Origin: a virus
Taxonomy: Duplodnaviria; Caudoviricetes
IMG/VR virus record: IMGVR_UViG_3300032247_001903
Span: 1 to 39,231 of that record
Strand: one strand, 5' to 3'
DNA length: 39,231 bases
Of the stretch, positions 27,544 to 38,094 are shown in pieces (positions within the stretch are counted from its first letter, which is position 1; every line of letters begins with the position of its first letter). The notes under the pieces are model-generated. The model saw only the letters and a list, made by a program, of their open reading frames with translations, had not been told where the DNA came from and ran no database searches. Both the position numbers and the translations under genes were made by a program.

Positions 27544-28302
27544 ATGGCAGAATTAAAAATTCCAACAGAAAAAGTTACATTACCTTCAAAAGGTTTATTG
27601 TATCCCGAAACATCACCACTTTCTAAAGGTGAAATTGAAATGAAGTATATGACAGCTAAGGAAGAAGATATTCTTACTAATGCTAATTATATTAAAAACG
27701 GCACTGTAGTTGATAAATTACTTCAAGCATTAATTGTCACTCCTATTGATTATAATGAATTATTAGTTGGTGATAAAAATGCAATATTAATTGCTGCTCG
27801 TGTTTTAGGTTACGGTAAAGATTATGCTTTTAAATATACTAATTCAAATGGACAAGAAATAGAAGCAACTATTGATTTATCTAAATTAGAAGATAAAATA
27901 GTAGATGAAAAACTATTTAAACGTGGTTTAAATGAATTTTCATTTACACTACCCCACTCAGGTAATGATATTACTTTTAAACTATTAACACACGGAGATG
28001 AACAAAATATTGAAGCTGAAATTAAAGGTTTAAAAAAGATTAATCCTAGTTCTTCTTCTGATGTTACAACACGATTAAAACATATTATTACTTCTGTTGA
28101 AGGTAAACGTGATCAAAAAGATATTCGTGAATTTGTTGATAATTATCTTATTGCAAAAGATGCAAGAGCATTACGTGAATATTATAGTAAAATATCCCCA
28201 GATATTAATATAATATATAAACCTGAAGATGAAGATTATACAGGGGAGGGTATAAATGTACCTATTTCTCTTAACTTTTTTTGGCCTGACGCCGGAGTAT
28301 AG
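27544..28302 (+). CDS. Baseplate hub assembly / tail chaperone (gp26-like)
   Basis: LPSKG, MTAKEEDIL, L.VGD..AILIAAR..GYG and terminal FFWP; lies between tube and tape measure. Confidence 0.8.
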   Translation: MAELKIPTEKVTLPSKGLLYPETSPLSKGEIEMKYMTAKEEDILTNANYIKNGTVVDKLLQALIVTPIDYNELLVGDKNAILIAARVLGYGKDYAFKYTNSNGQEIEATIDLSKLEDKIVDEKLFKRGLNEFSFTLPHSGNDITFKLLTHGDEQNIEAEIKGLKKINPSSSSDVTTRLKHIITSVEGKRDQKDIREFVDNYLIAKDARALREYYSKISPDINIIYKPEDEDYTGEGINVPISLNFFWPDAGV

Positions 28303-28555
28303 GTTATATTTATTTTCTCAAATACATGAAATAGTATTTCATGGTAGAGGTGGTTATGATTGGGATACAATATACAGCATGCCTATTTGGCTTCGTAAAT
28401 TTACATTTGAAAAAATTAAAGAATTTTATGAAAAAGAACATGAAGAAGCTGAAAAACAGCAAAATCTAATTAGCAATAAAAATAAATTAAATATATCACG
28501 ACCTAGTATAGCTCCAAAACAACCAACCTATATTACTAAGGCGCCTAAAAAATAG
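28256..28555 (+). CDS. gp51-like chaperone segment, possibly expressed by frameshift from the upstream gene
   Basis: Overlaps the upstream ORF across a T7 run; IHEIVFHG.GGY....IYSMPIWLR motif. Confidence 0.65.
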   Translation: MYLFLLTFFGLTPEYRLYLFSQIHEIVFHGRGGYDWDTIYSMPIWLRKFTFEKIKEFYEKEHEEAEKQQNLISNKNKLNISRPSIAPKQPTYITKAPKK

Positions 28556-28563
28556 GCGCCTTT
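28538..28563 (+). terminator. Hairpin, possible terminator, overlapping the stop codon
   Basis: AAGGCGCCTA-AAAAA-TAGGCGCCTT followed by a short T tract. Confidence 0.6.
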
Positions 28564-28565
28564 AA

Positions 28566-28572
28566 TATTTAT
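28566..28572 (+). promoter_or_regulatory. TATTTAT putative late promoter (tape measure)
   Basis: Directly after the hairpin. Confidence 0.6.
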
Positions 28573-28590
28573 ATAATGTAATATTATACT

Positions 28591-31500
28591 ATGGATCCAC
28601 AAGATCAAGCTGCATTAAATCAATCATATCAGGAATATATTAAACTACTGCAAATAGCTGATGGGTTAAATGCTGCTCAAGCCAGATCACAAGCTGATCT
28701 TGCTAAATCAGCTGGAAATTTATCTAAAGAAATAAAACGATTAAATAAAGAATTAGATGATACTTTATTTAAATCAGATTATCTTTATCAATCTTTTAGA
28801 GAAACAACATCTGAATTAAAAAACCAAAATGTTTTATTACAATTAGGTAAATCTACATTTAAAGGTCTCACAACTATAGCCTCAGACTTAAATTATTTTC
28901 AACAAGGAATTACAGATTTAAGTGATAAACAATTAAAAAAACAATCACAAAAATTAAAGATAAGTGAAATAGAATTAGAAACTGTAAAACAAAGATTATC
29001 TAATTCTAATGGAGAATATAATAGACAAAATTTATTAAATAATTTACTTAATTTAAAAAGAAACAGTGAAGAAAGATTAACTAAAGAACAAGAAAAATTA
29101 CTAAACCAACTACAAAAAGAAAAAGAATTACTACTTTCAACTCAAAATGCTTTAGCAGAAGGAATTCCTGCTTTAAAAGAAGAACTAAAAATATCTAAGC
29201 AAATATATGATGTGCGAGAAAAAGTTGGTGGTTTAGCTAAAGCAGCTGCTGGGGTAGTTTCTAAATATGGTGGTGATCTATCTAGATTTTTAAATGTTGA
29301 TGATGCAATTGAATCTGTACAAGAATACAATAAACAATTAATTGATGGTGCTTTAAAAAGTAAAGAAGTTTTAGACGAAATTAGAAGAATAGATCAAGAT
29401 AGAGAAAATATTTTAGCTAATTCTATATCAATACAACAAGAAATTAATAAACTTGCAAAGGATTTACAAGACGCTAATAATGCTGCTCAAATTACAGCAG
29501 AAAATAATGTTAAAATACAAGAAATCCAAAATAAATTATCTCGTCAAGGATTATTAAGTGCTGAAGAAATACAAAAATTATATGATGAGAAAAGGACACT
29601 TCAAAATGAATCTTTAAGAGTTCAAAATTTAGCTAATAATAGTGTTGTAATTGAAACAAAACTACAGCAAGCACAAAATGATTTAATAAATGATGAAATA
29701 ATTTCTAAACAAAAGTTAGCAGCTTTAGATCAAAAAGAACAAAAAACAAAACAAGATGCTATTACTTCTGTTGATAAATTAGGTAATAAATTTAAATCAT
29801 TAGGAATATTTGCAAAAGGATTAGGAACTGGTCTTAAAAAAGCATTTACTGATCCTTTAACTATTATTACTTTTGTTATAGACAAAGCATTAGAAGCAAA
29901 TAAACAAACTGTAGAATTAGGTAAATCTTTAGGTTACGGTGAAAAAAATGCTTATAAATTTAGAGAAAATATAGCATCTATTGCTCGTAATTCTACTAAT
30001 ATAAATGTTACTGCTGCTTCTTTAACTGAAGCTTTTAATGAACTAGCCCAATCTACTGGACTTGTTTATGAATTCACAGCTGATCAGCTTGAAACACAAG
30101 TTAAATTAACTAAACAAGTTGGTTTACAAGCAGAAGAAGCTGCTCAAATTCAAAGACTTGCTGTATTAAATGGAACAACATCTCAAAAAACATATGAATC
30201 TTTTGTTAAAGGATTAACAGCTGCAAGAAATCAACTTAAAGTTGGTATTAATTTTAAAGCAACTCTTGCTGAAGCATCAAAAGTATCAGGACAATTAGCT
30301 GCAAATCTAGGCTACAACCCAGAACGTATTGCTAAAGCAGTAGTAACTGCAAAAGCTTTTGGTATGACTTTAGATCAAGTATCAAAATCGGGCGAATCTC
30401 TTTTAAATTGGGAATCCTCAATTCAAAATGAATTAGAAGCTGAATTACTTACTGGTAAACAGTTAAATTTAGAAAGAGCAAGAGCAGCTGCTTTAGCCGG
30501 AGATCAAATAACATTAGCTGAAGAATTAGCTAAAAACATAGGTACTTCTGCAGAGTTTACTAAAATGAATGTATTACAGCAGAAAGCATTAGCTAAATCT
30601 GTTGGAATGGAAGCAGATGAGTTAGCTAATACATTAAGAAAAAGAGAAGAAGCAATTGCTAGTGGTAAATCATTAGCTCAAATAACTGAAGAAGAAGCAA
30701 AAAAAGCTCTTGAAAGACAAAGTATACAAGATAAATTTAATCAATCTATTCTTAAGTTACAAGATTTCTTTGGTAATCTAATAGCAGGTCCTGTAGGACA
30801 ATTATTAGATGTTTTATCTAAAATGGTAGGACTTATTACTGATGTTTTACAACCTATTCTTAATGTTGTTTTTACTCCTCTTACTTGGGCTGCTAATAAA
30901 CTAGGTCAAATAGCTGGTCTTTTAAAAACAATTGCAGGTATTTATTTAGTTATAAAAGGATATCAAATAGCTAGTAATGTACTTGAAGCAGGTAAAACAG
31001 CTCAATTAGCTCTTCAAGGAAATGCTTTAGCTATTCAAAATATAATGTTAGAAAAAAGTATTGTTAAAAAAACAATGTATCATGCTATTGCTATTAAAGA
31101 AGCTATTACTGAAGAAGGAATTGCAGGTGTTAAAGCTTATGCTCTTTCTTTAGATGAAAAAAGCTTAGTTAGAAGAACTATAATAGGTGCTATAACAGCT
31201 AAAGAATGGATTCAACAAAAAGCAATAACAATATGGGCAGGAGTAAAAGCAGGGTATGAAAAAGTTAGTTTAGCTATACAATCAGCAGCAGCTGTAATTC
31301 AAAAAGGAAATTTATTAAAAAGTATAGGTTCTGCTGTAATGGGAGCTATCTCATCATTATCTGCAATCCCTGTTGTTGGTTGGGCTCTAGGCTTAGCTGC
31401 TGCTGGTACTGTTGCTGCTTTAGGCTATAAATTTTTAAAAGGAGACGACATAATGTCTGAGGGTGGTTACGGTAAACGCACCTTACTATCCCCAGAAGGA

Positions 31501-31728
31501 GCTATTAAGTTAAATGATAAAGATACTGTAATTGCAGGTACTAATTTAGGTGGTAAAGAAGGAAAAGAAAATATATCAATACCTCAAATTGATCTTACAC
31601 CAATGATAACGGCAATTAATGAAGTTAGAGATGCTGTTAATAAATTGTATAATAAAGACACATCTATCAATATGGATGGAAAGAAAGTAGGTACAACATT
31701 AGTACAAGGTTCATATAAAGTAGCATAA
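28591..31728 (+). CDS. Tape measure protein
   Basis: 1045 aa, helical and Ala/Leu/Lys/Gln-rich, with hydrophobic segments near the C-terminus and terminal INMDGKKVG; follows tube and chaperones. Confidence 0.88.
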   Translation: MDPQDQAALNQSYQEYIKLLQIADGLNAAQARSQADLAKSAGNLSKEIKRLNKELDDTLFKSDYLYQSFRETTSELKNQNVLLQLGKSTFKGLTTIASDLNYFQQGITDLSDKQLKKQSQKLKISEIELETVKQRLSNSNGEYNRQNLLNNLLNLKRNSEERLTKEQEKLLNQLQKEKELLLSTQNALAEGIPALKEELKISKQIYDVREKVGGLAKAAAGVVSKYGGDLSRFLNVDDAIESVQEYNKQLIDGALKSKEVLDEIRRIDQDRENILANSISIQQEINKLAKDLQDANNAAQITAENNVKIQEIQNKLSRQGLLSAEEIQKLYDEKRTLQNESLRVQNLANNSVVIETKLQQAQNDLINDEIISKQKLAALDQKEQKTKQDAITSVDKLGNKFKSLGIFAKGLGTGLKKAFTDPLTIITFVIDKALEANKQTVELGKSLGYGEKNAYKFRENIASIARNSTNINVTAASLTEAFNELAQSTGLVYEFTADQLETQVKLTKQVGLQAEEAAQIQRLAVLNGTTSQKTYESFVKGLTAARNQLKVGINFKATLAEASKVSGQLAANLGYNPERIAKAVVTAKAFGMTLDQVSKSGESLLNWESSIQNELEAELLTGKQLNLERARAAALAGDQITLAEELAKNIGTSAEFTKMNVLQQKALAKSVGMEADELANTLRKREEAIASGKSLAQITEEEAKKALERQSIQDKFNQSILKLQDFFGNLIAGPVGQLLDVLSKMVGLITDVLQPILNVVFTPLTWAANKLGQIAGLLKTIAGIYLVIKGYQIASNVLEAGKTAQLALQGNALAIQNIMLEKSIVKKTMYHAIAIKEAITEEGIAGVKAYALSLDEKSLVRRTIIGAITAKEWIQQKAITIWAGVKAGYEKVSLAIQSAAAVIQKGNLLKSIGSAVMGAISSLSAIPVVGWALGLAAAGTVAALGYKFLKGDDIMSEGGYGKRTLLSPEGAIKLNDKDTVIAGTNLGGKEGKENISIPQIDLTPMITAINEVRDAVNKLYNKDTSINMDGKKVGTTLVQGSYKVA

Positions 31729-31736
31729 TATTTAAA

Positions 31737-31743
31737 TATTTAT
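31737..31743 (+). promoter_or_regulatory. TATTTAT putative late promoter (baseplate)
   Basis: Recurrent intergenic motif. Confidence 0.6.
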
Positions 31744-31762
31744 TCGTATAAAACAAATAAAC

Positions 31763-32065
31763 ATGGCATTATTAGACAAATTAAAAAACAGTATTTTAGG
31801 ATTAGCTGGTGTGAAGCCACAACAATTTGGAGTTGACCCAATACCGCCAGATTCATTACATGAAACATATTCTGTTGATGGTAACCCTGATGTAACTTGG
31901 CGTTTAATTAAAGGTAATTTGAGTAATAAACCACAACCATCTAGATTAGATGAAATTGATTCAAATGCTCCAAATCTTACTCCAACAGGAGTTGTATCAC
32001 AAATATACAAATCCAAGCCAGGTCGTAAATATAAAGACTTAGGACCTAAAGAAGGACGCTACTAA
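31763..32065 (+). CDS. Hypothetical tail/baseplate protein
   Basis: 100 aa, preceded by TATTTAT 31737. Confidence 0.7.
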   Translation: MALLDKLKNSILGLAGVKPQQFGVDPIPPDSLHETYSVDGNPDVTWRLIKGNLSNKPQPSRLDEIDSNAPNLTPTGVVSQIYKSKPGRKYKDLGPKEGRY

Positions 32066-32074
32066 ATAATATAA

Positions 32075-34369
32075 ATGTCCCTACGTGATTTAAAAACCGA
32101 TTTAAAATCTCTTAAATACGGACACGATCGACCAGGCGGAGGTGATAGCGGCCAACCCTACCAAAAAGTTGATATCAACACTGTTGATAGCGGCTTTAAT
32201 AAACTTCGAATGATTAAATTCGATGATGGATTAATTAGAGGAGGTGCTGTAGGTGCTATTAATTCGGCTGTTGTTGATACTCTTCGTATAGGAAAATTCC
32301 TTGTTGATTTACCCAAAGGTCCTTTATTTATTGTAAAACAAGTTGGATTACAACTTTCAAATCCACAATTAGAAACTAAAAAAATTACTATAGGTAATGG
32401 TAGAGGTATTTTAGGATTTATAGGTAAAGCATTAAGTCCTGTAAATAATACTTTAGGTCCAACACGTATATATAATTTAGGTATTAATACAATAGCACAA
32501 GTTCCTGTTGGAGCTTTTGGTGTTCATTTTAATAGACATGGATTATTACCTGTACAAGATGATAGTACAAAATATTTAGCAGTTGCTGAAGACAATAATA
32601 AAGACAGTCAAAATAATAGGTTAGTAGGTTATAAAAATCAATTTAGATTAGGAGATTTTCAAGCTAATCAGAACCAAAATCAAAATATTCGTATACCTGG
32701 CTTTGTTAATAAATTAAGTAATATTGCCCGCTCTTTAGGATTATCTCAACCAAATAACGATCCTGCTAAAGATCCAACTTTAGGCACAATAAACAAATAT
32801 ATTGGTGGTCCTAGCTCTGTTTATGGTATAGGGAATACTTTTATACAAAGATATTCATTTACTGAAAATAGTGATAAGATAAAGTTTGCAAAACAACAAA
32901 GTAAAAATGTAGCTGGTAATTCATATCTTAGTAAAAGGCCTATAGAAATTAATAGTAATGTTAATTTATATCCAATTACTGCAAATTATACTGGATCTGT
33001 TTTTTTAGCCTCTAAACTTTTTAGTGGAGAACTTAATACTGATGCTAATTTAAGGTCTACTTTAAAGGATTCTGTTGCAAGTATTTCTGATAAGGATAAG
33101 CCTAAAGCAGAAAATAAACTAAAATCTGCAAATCGGTCTGCAGATCAAGGATTATCTAATTTAGGTGATGATATTTCTCAAGCTAATGCTAGACTTTCTA
33201 GTACACCTAAAAATGTTATAGTATATAAAGGAACAACAAATACAGAAAAATATAAAGAATTAAGAAAAGTAATTGAAGATAGGCAAAAAAATCAACAATT
33301 ATATACAGTTACAAATATCTCAAATCGACGTCCTGATATTCAAACTAATATAGAAAGACTTTCTACAACTACAGCAGTAGATAAGTATGGTTTACCTAAT
33401 CCTGCTAGAGTAGAAATGACAGCAACTGGATCTCGTGATGGAAAAACAATGGAAGATAGAACAAAAAATACTACTCAAAGTAAAATTCAACCATTTCTTA
33501 ATTATAATTCATCTAAAGATACTACTAAACAAGTAATAACAGTTAATTATTCTAGACCAGATAAAGATTTTAAATATGTAAGTGCAAGTTTAGCAACTCA
33601 ATTTAAAAGAACTAATGATCTTGATGTTAATGAAGATAAATTAGCATTAGTATTTACACCTCTAGACCCTTTTACTGGTAATCCTTTAAATACATTAAAA
33701 TTTTTAGGATATTTAACTGACTATAATGAAAGCTATAACAGTACTTGGGACCCAGTAAAGTATGCTGGTAGAGCAGAAAGTTTTTATATATTTAAAGAAT
33801 TCAAACGTGATATAACAGTAGCATTTAATATTCCTTGTTTTAATACAAAAGAATTAGATGATAAACATTGCGCTTTAAGTGAATTAGCTTCAACTTTAGC
33901 AGGTAAATATAATAGTAATAATTTACTAGGTGGTATTATTACTAAATTAAAAGTAGGTAATTATGTAAATAATCAACCTGGAATTATTAATTCTTTAACT
34001 TTTAAACCACTTGAAGGATCATCTTGGGATTTAGATAAAGGATTAGCTTTTTATTTAAGTGTTAATATAGGATTTACTTTAATACATAATTTTTTACCAC
34101 AACATTATAAATGTGGTTTTATAAATAAAGAACCAGACGCTGTAAATCCAACAGTAACTCCAACTCGTGATGTAGTAGTTACACCACCTGTTACTCCTAC
34201 ACCAACTCCAACTCCCCCTTCAATTAATAATATAGATAGTACTCTTGTTGCAAATAACGAAGCAGCTAGAAGAAAAGCAGAAACATTAGCAAAATCAAAT
34301 CCTCCAAAGAATCCAAATCAATCATTAACAAAAGCAGAAAAAGATCTTTTAAAAAATTCTAGAGGTTAA
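32075..34369 (+). CDS. Baseplate / tube-initiator-like protein
   Basis: C-terminal tube-like domain (W..VKYAGRAESFY...F.R.I.VAF; KLKVGNY...PGII.SL) and a PT-rich tail; position after tape measure. Confidence 0.6.
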   Translation: MSLRDLKTDLKSLKYGHDRPGGGDSGQPYQKVDINTVDSGFNKLRMIKFDDGLIRGGAVGAINSAVVDTLRIGKFLVDLPKGPLFIVKQVGLQLSNPQLETKKITIGNGRGILGFIGKALSPVNNTLGPTRIYNLGINTIAQVPVGAFGVHFNRHGLLPVQDDSTKYLAVAEDNNKDSQNNRLVGYKNQFRLGDFQANQNQNQNIRIPGFVNKLSNIARSLGLSQPNNDPAKDPTLGTINKYIGGPSSVYGIGNTFIQRYSFTENSDKIKFAKQQSKNVAGNSYLSKRPIEINSNVNLYPITANYTGSVFLASKLFSGELNTDANLRSTLKDSVASISDKDKPKAENKLKSANRSADQGLSNLGDDISQANARLSSTPKNVIVYKGTTNTEKYKELRKVIEDRQKNQQLYTVTNISNRRPDIQTNIERLSTTTAVDKYGLPNPARVEMTATGSRDGKTMEDRTKNTTQSKIQPFLNYNSSKDTTKQVITVNYSRPDKDFKYVSASLATQFKRTNDLDVNEDKLALVFTPLDPFTGNPLNTLKFLGYLTDYNESYNSTWDPVKYAGRAESFYIFKEFKRDITVAFNIPCFNTKELDDKHCALSELASTLAGKYNSNNLLGGIITKLKVGNYVNNQPGIINSLTFKPLEGSSWDLDKGLAFYLSVNIGFTLIHNFLPQHYKCGFINKEPDAVNPTVTPTRDVVVTPPVTPTPTPTPPSINNIDSTLVANNEAARRKAETLAKSNPPKNPNQSLTKAEKDLLKNSRG

Positions 34370-34383
34370 AATAAATAGGTATT

Positions 34384-34689
34384 ATGAATAGGTATGAAAA
34401 TTCAACTATATTAAAAACACAGGATAATAGACCTTATTATAGGGGAAAATTCTATCCAAATATTCCTTTATCAGAGAATGATTATTATATTATTACAACT
34501 ATAGGAGATAGACTTGATTCTATAGCTTATTCTTACTATGGTGATTCTACCCTATGGTGGGTAATATCTGCAGCTAACAATAATATAACTAATGGAGCCT
34601 TATTCCCCATACCAGGAACACAATTAAGAATTCCAACTGATATAAATTCAGTTTTACAATTAGTTGATCAATTTAATAAAACAAGATAA
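34384..34689 (+). CDS. LysM-like baseplate protein (gp53/gpX-like)
   Basis: GDRLDSIAYSYYGDSTLWWVISAANN...GTQLRIP. Confidence 0.85.
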   Translation: MNRYENSTILKTQDNRPYYRGKFYPNIPLSENDYYIITTIGDRLDSIAYSYYGDSTLWWVISAANNNITNGALFPIPGTQLRIPTDINSVLQLVDQFNKTR

Positions 34690-34694
34690 ATGTT

Positions 34695-37532
34695 ATGTCC
34701 ATATTTAAAGATACGTTTAAACCTGGTGTTCAAGCACAAATAAAAGCTAGACAAGAAGCTATAAACGAACGTACTCCTGCTGCTATACAATATTTTAATG
34801 CTCGTAACTCTTGGATTAGAATGACCTCTTCAGTTAATGTTGGAGCGGATGCAGGAGCTTTAGCTAAAACCTATATATTACTTGGAGGAATTTTATATGA
34901 TGGTAAAGCTAGAACTGGAGTAGGAACAGGAAATCAAGCTTATAGCACCTTATCTCCAGGAGGAGCAACAAATATGCTTGGAATACGTCCAATGCCTGGT
35001 ATTACTGGAATAAGTGTAAAATCTTTAGGTGCTTACGGTTCTTTAAGAGAAGTAACAGTTAATTTTCAATGTTGGGATATTAGACAATTAGAAGAATTAG
35101 AATTATTATATATGCGTCCTGGATATAGTGTATTAGTAGAATGGGGATGGGCTCCATATTTAAACAATGATAAGGGCTTAGAAGGTAATATTAATTTTAT
35201 TGATGATGTGTTAAATGGAAATGATGGGAATCCATCAAAAGAAGATATTTGGAAAAAAATATTTACTAAAGCCTCTACAGATGGTAATTATGAAGGACAT
35301 TATGGTTTTATAAAAAATTATAATTGGAGTGCTCGCCCTGATGGAGGATATGATTGTACTACTAATATAATTTCAATGGGTGAAATTCTTGAATCATTAA
35401 AAATTAATTATGGTAGTTATGATGTTGATACTTCTAAAGGTACATATGATGTACTTCCTATTTCAAAACTTACAAAAGATAGTACTATTGCTAAAGCATA
35501 TACTCAAAATAAATTAGCAGGTATAGTTGCTGAATTATATGAAATAGCTAAATCAAAAACAGATAAACTTAAACCTGTTGAAGGAAGTACCTCTGTATAT
35601 CCTGAAGTTACATTTAATGAATATACCTTTTTTAGATTTAATGTATCTGTAAATGGAAATGATGCAAAAAATACTATTACTACTAATGGAGCTCAAATAT
35701 ACATGCCTTTAAAAGATTTTGTATCTGTATTAAATGATAAAATTTTATTAAACGATTCTAAAAATCCTATTGCTGGACTTTCAACCTATTGTGGAGATCA
35801 TATGGTCGAAACCCCTCAAACAGGTTTAGATGTTCCTCTTTATTGTGTAGGAGACGAATTCCAAATATCAACAGACCCATCAGTATGTCTTATTAAAAAT
35901 CTTCATTGGACTAATCCTGTAAACTTAGGCTTAGAAAACTCTATTAATAGTACAGATTTTAGTACTACTGAAAAAATAATGTCAACTCTAAGTCAAAATT
36001 ATTGGAAAGATGGTAATTATAAAACTCAACAATTAGGAATTATAGGAAATATATATGTAAATTTAGATTTTATATATTCATTAATAACTGATCCTAATTT
36101 ATCATCACAAGATAAAAAAGAAAAAAATGACATTGCTTTATTTGATTTTATAAAAAATTTAATATCAAGAATATCAACATCATTAGGCAGTGTATCAACT
36201 TTTGAATTATTTGTAGACCCACAAGATAGTATAGGCAGAATAATAGATATTAATTATACAGGAAATAGAGATAACGATTGGGAAAAATTAACTAAAGTTC
36301 CAATAGAAATACAAAATACTAAATCAATAGTTAGATCATACAAACTTGAATCCCAAATATTTCAAGATCAATCTACAATAATAGCTATTGGAGCTCAAGC
36401 TAAAGGTGGTGCTTTAGGAGCAGATGTAAATACTCTTATTGATTTTAATCAAAATTTAATAGATAGAATTGTACCTGTAAAAGTTGATTTAAAACAACTA
36501 AATGCTGCAGCTGCTGCTGCAGCTGATGAAGAAAAACAAAAACTTCAAAATTTAAAAGATAATTTTGCAACACTAGTTAATTACATAATTAAAATAGACC
36601 CCAGCTGGTATGAAAGCAAAGGTGATTTTGATGCAACAGAATCTGCAAAATACTCAAATGCTTTAAAAGATATAATCAACTATTTTAGATCAATTGTAAA
36701 AACTGATAATAAAAATAGAGCACTCATTCCTACTAAATTATCCATCGATATGGACGGGATAGGGGGAATGGTTATAGGGAATCTATTTAAAATTCCAGAT
36801 GAATTTCTTCCTAGAGGTTATAAAGGAAACGGACCTGGTAGCCCAGGTCCTAAAAAAATAGCATATGCTGTTACTGGATTATCACATGCTGTTCAAAATA
36901 ATGATTGGACAACTACTATAGAATCTCAATTTATTATTATGGATGAGCCTAGAGGTATGTCTCCTTTAGAAGCTAGAAAGATTAGAGCAATTGTTAAAGC
37001 AGTAACATCAACAAACGATGTAAGTACTTTAGTCAATTCTACACAAGCAACTTCAGGAGGATCAACAAAAATAATTTGTGGACAAGTAAGAACAAATGGT
37101 AATATAGAAGATTTACTGGTAGAAATAAATCCTAGACTTTATAAAATTCACTATAGTTCAATAAATCAAAGTGATAATAAACGTATAAGATTACAACCAG
37201 AAGCTATGAGAAATTTAGAAGCATTATTAACAGATGCTTATAATAATAAAATATATCTTAAAGTAAATTCAGCATATAGAACATATGCAGATCAATTAAG
37301 AATTAAAAATTCATCATCAGAAATTCCTTGTGCTACACCTGGAACTTCAAACCATGGTTTTGGGTTAGCTGTTGACTTAGCTAATTCTGATGGAGTTAGA
37401 ATTAACCCTATTAAAACTCCAAATGAGTGGAAATGGATTCAAGCAAATAAAGATAAATATTATTTTAATAATATCAATACTACTACAGAATCTCACCATT
37501 ATAATTTTACCCAAATAGGAAAAATCTGCTAA
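34695..37532 (+). CDS. Baseplate hub protein with C-terminal M15 (VanY-like) Zn peptidase
   Basis: C-terminus has NSAYRTYADQ, PGTSNHGFGLAVD (SxHxxGxAxD) and ESHH; follows the LysM gene. Confidence 0.8.
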   Translation: MSIFKDTFKPGVQAQIKARQEAINERTPAAIQYFNARNSWIRMTSSVNVGADAGALAKTYILLGGILYDGKARTGVGTGNQAYSTLSPGGATNMLGIRPMPGITGISVKSLGAYGSLREVTVNFQCWDIRQLEELELLYMRPGYSVLVEWGWAPYLNNDKGLEGNINFIDDVLNGNDGNPSKEDIWKKIFTKASTDGNYEGHYGFIKNYNWSARPDGGYDCTTNIISMGEILESLKINYGSYDVDTSKGTYDVLPISKLTKDSTIAKAYTQNKLAGIVAELYEIAKSKTDKLKPVEGSTSVYPEVTFNEYTFFRFNVSVNGNDAKNTITTNGAQIYMPLKDFVSVLNDKILLNDSKNPIAGLSTYCGDHMVETPQTGLDVPLYCVGDEFQISTDPSVCLIKNLHWTNPVNLGLENSINSTDFSTTEKIMSTLSQNYWKDGNYKTQQLGIIGNIYVNLDFIYSLITDPNLSSQDKKEKNDIALFDFIKNLISRISTSLGSVSTFELFVDPQDSIGRIIDINYTGNRDNDWEKLTKVPIEIQNTKSIVRSYKLESQIFQDQSTIIAIGAQAKGGALGADVNTLIDFNQNLIDRIVPVKVDLKQLNAAAAAAADEEKQKLQNLKDNFATLVNYIIKIDPSWYESKGDFDATESAKYSNALKDIINYFRSIVKTDNKNRALIPTKLSIDMDGIGGMVIGNLFKIPDEFLPRGYKGNGPGSPGPKKIAYAVTGLSHAVQNNDWTTTIESQFIIMDEPRGMSPLEARKIRAIVKAVTSTNDVSTLVNSTQATSGGSTKIICGQVRTNGNIEDLLVEINPRLYKIHYSSINQSDNKRIRLQPEAMRNLEALLTDAYNNKIYLKVNSAYRTYADQLRIKNSSSEIPCATPGTSNHGFGLAVDLANSDGVRINPIKTPNEWKWIQANKDKYYFNNINTTTESHHYNFTQIGKIC

Positions 37533-37533
37533 T

Positions 37534-38058
37534 ATGGGAACAAAAATACCAGCTAATCTTATTACTACAGGCTATACCTCAGGAAAAGAATTTGTATATG
37601 TTTCTAATTATAAACCTTATCAGGGATATTATTATGAAATAAATAATAAATTTTTTGTTGGAAAAGAATTTGATAATAATGCTCCTGAAATAATAAAATT
37701 GACTTCTAGTAAAATCAATCCTTTATTATTAAAAGCAGCAACTTCTCTTTTTGGTCAATTATCTGGAATTATATTAAGTAATATAAAAATTCCTTCATTT
37801 TTTTATAATTATCAAGGAGATATTAGATATTTTTTAGCAGAAAATAATTCATCTCCTTTATTAATTAAAGAAATAGATAAAACATCATTTGATCAGATTC
37901 AAAGTAACTCTTTATATACTTCTGTTGCTTTAACTTATAAAGGAGGATTTAGTGAAAATGAATTAAAAGACGCTGAGAAGAAAATACCTGGTATAACAAT
38001 TTTTGTAAATAGTTCTTATACATCTCCTTCAGTAGAAGAAGATGGTACTATAGGCTAA
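37534..38058 (+). CDS. Hypothetical protein (baseplate region)
   Basis: 174 aa, abuts the hub gene. Confidence 0.7.
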   Translation: MGTKIPANLITTGYTSGKEFVYVSNYKPYQGYYYEINNKFFVGKEFDNNAPEIIKLTSSKINPLLLKAATSLFGQLSGIILSNIKIPSFFYNYQGDIRYFLAENNSSPLLIKEIDKTSFDQIQSNSLYTSVALTYKGGFSENELKDAEKKIPGITIFVNSSYTSPSVEEDGTIG

Positions 38059-38094
38059 ATTTTTTTATTATATTTAATTTAAAGGTTATGTTAT

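Noticed and set aside
659-32016. All minus-strand ORFs in the track and the short nested + ORFs (5744, 18540)
   Set aside because: They lie antisense to, or out of frame within, well-supported genes and show no motifs; they are shadow ORFs.
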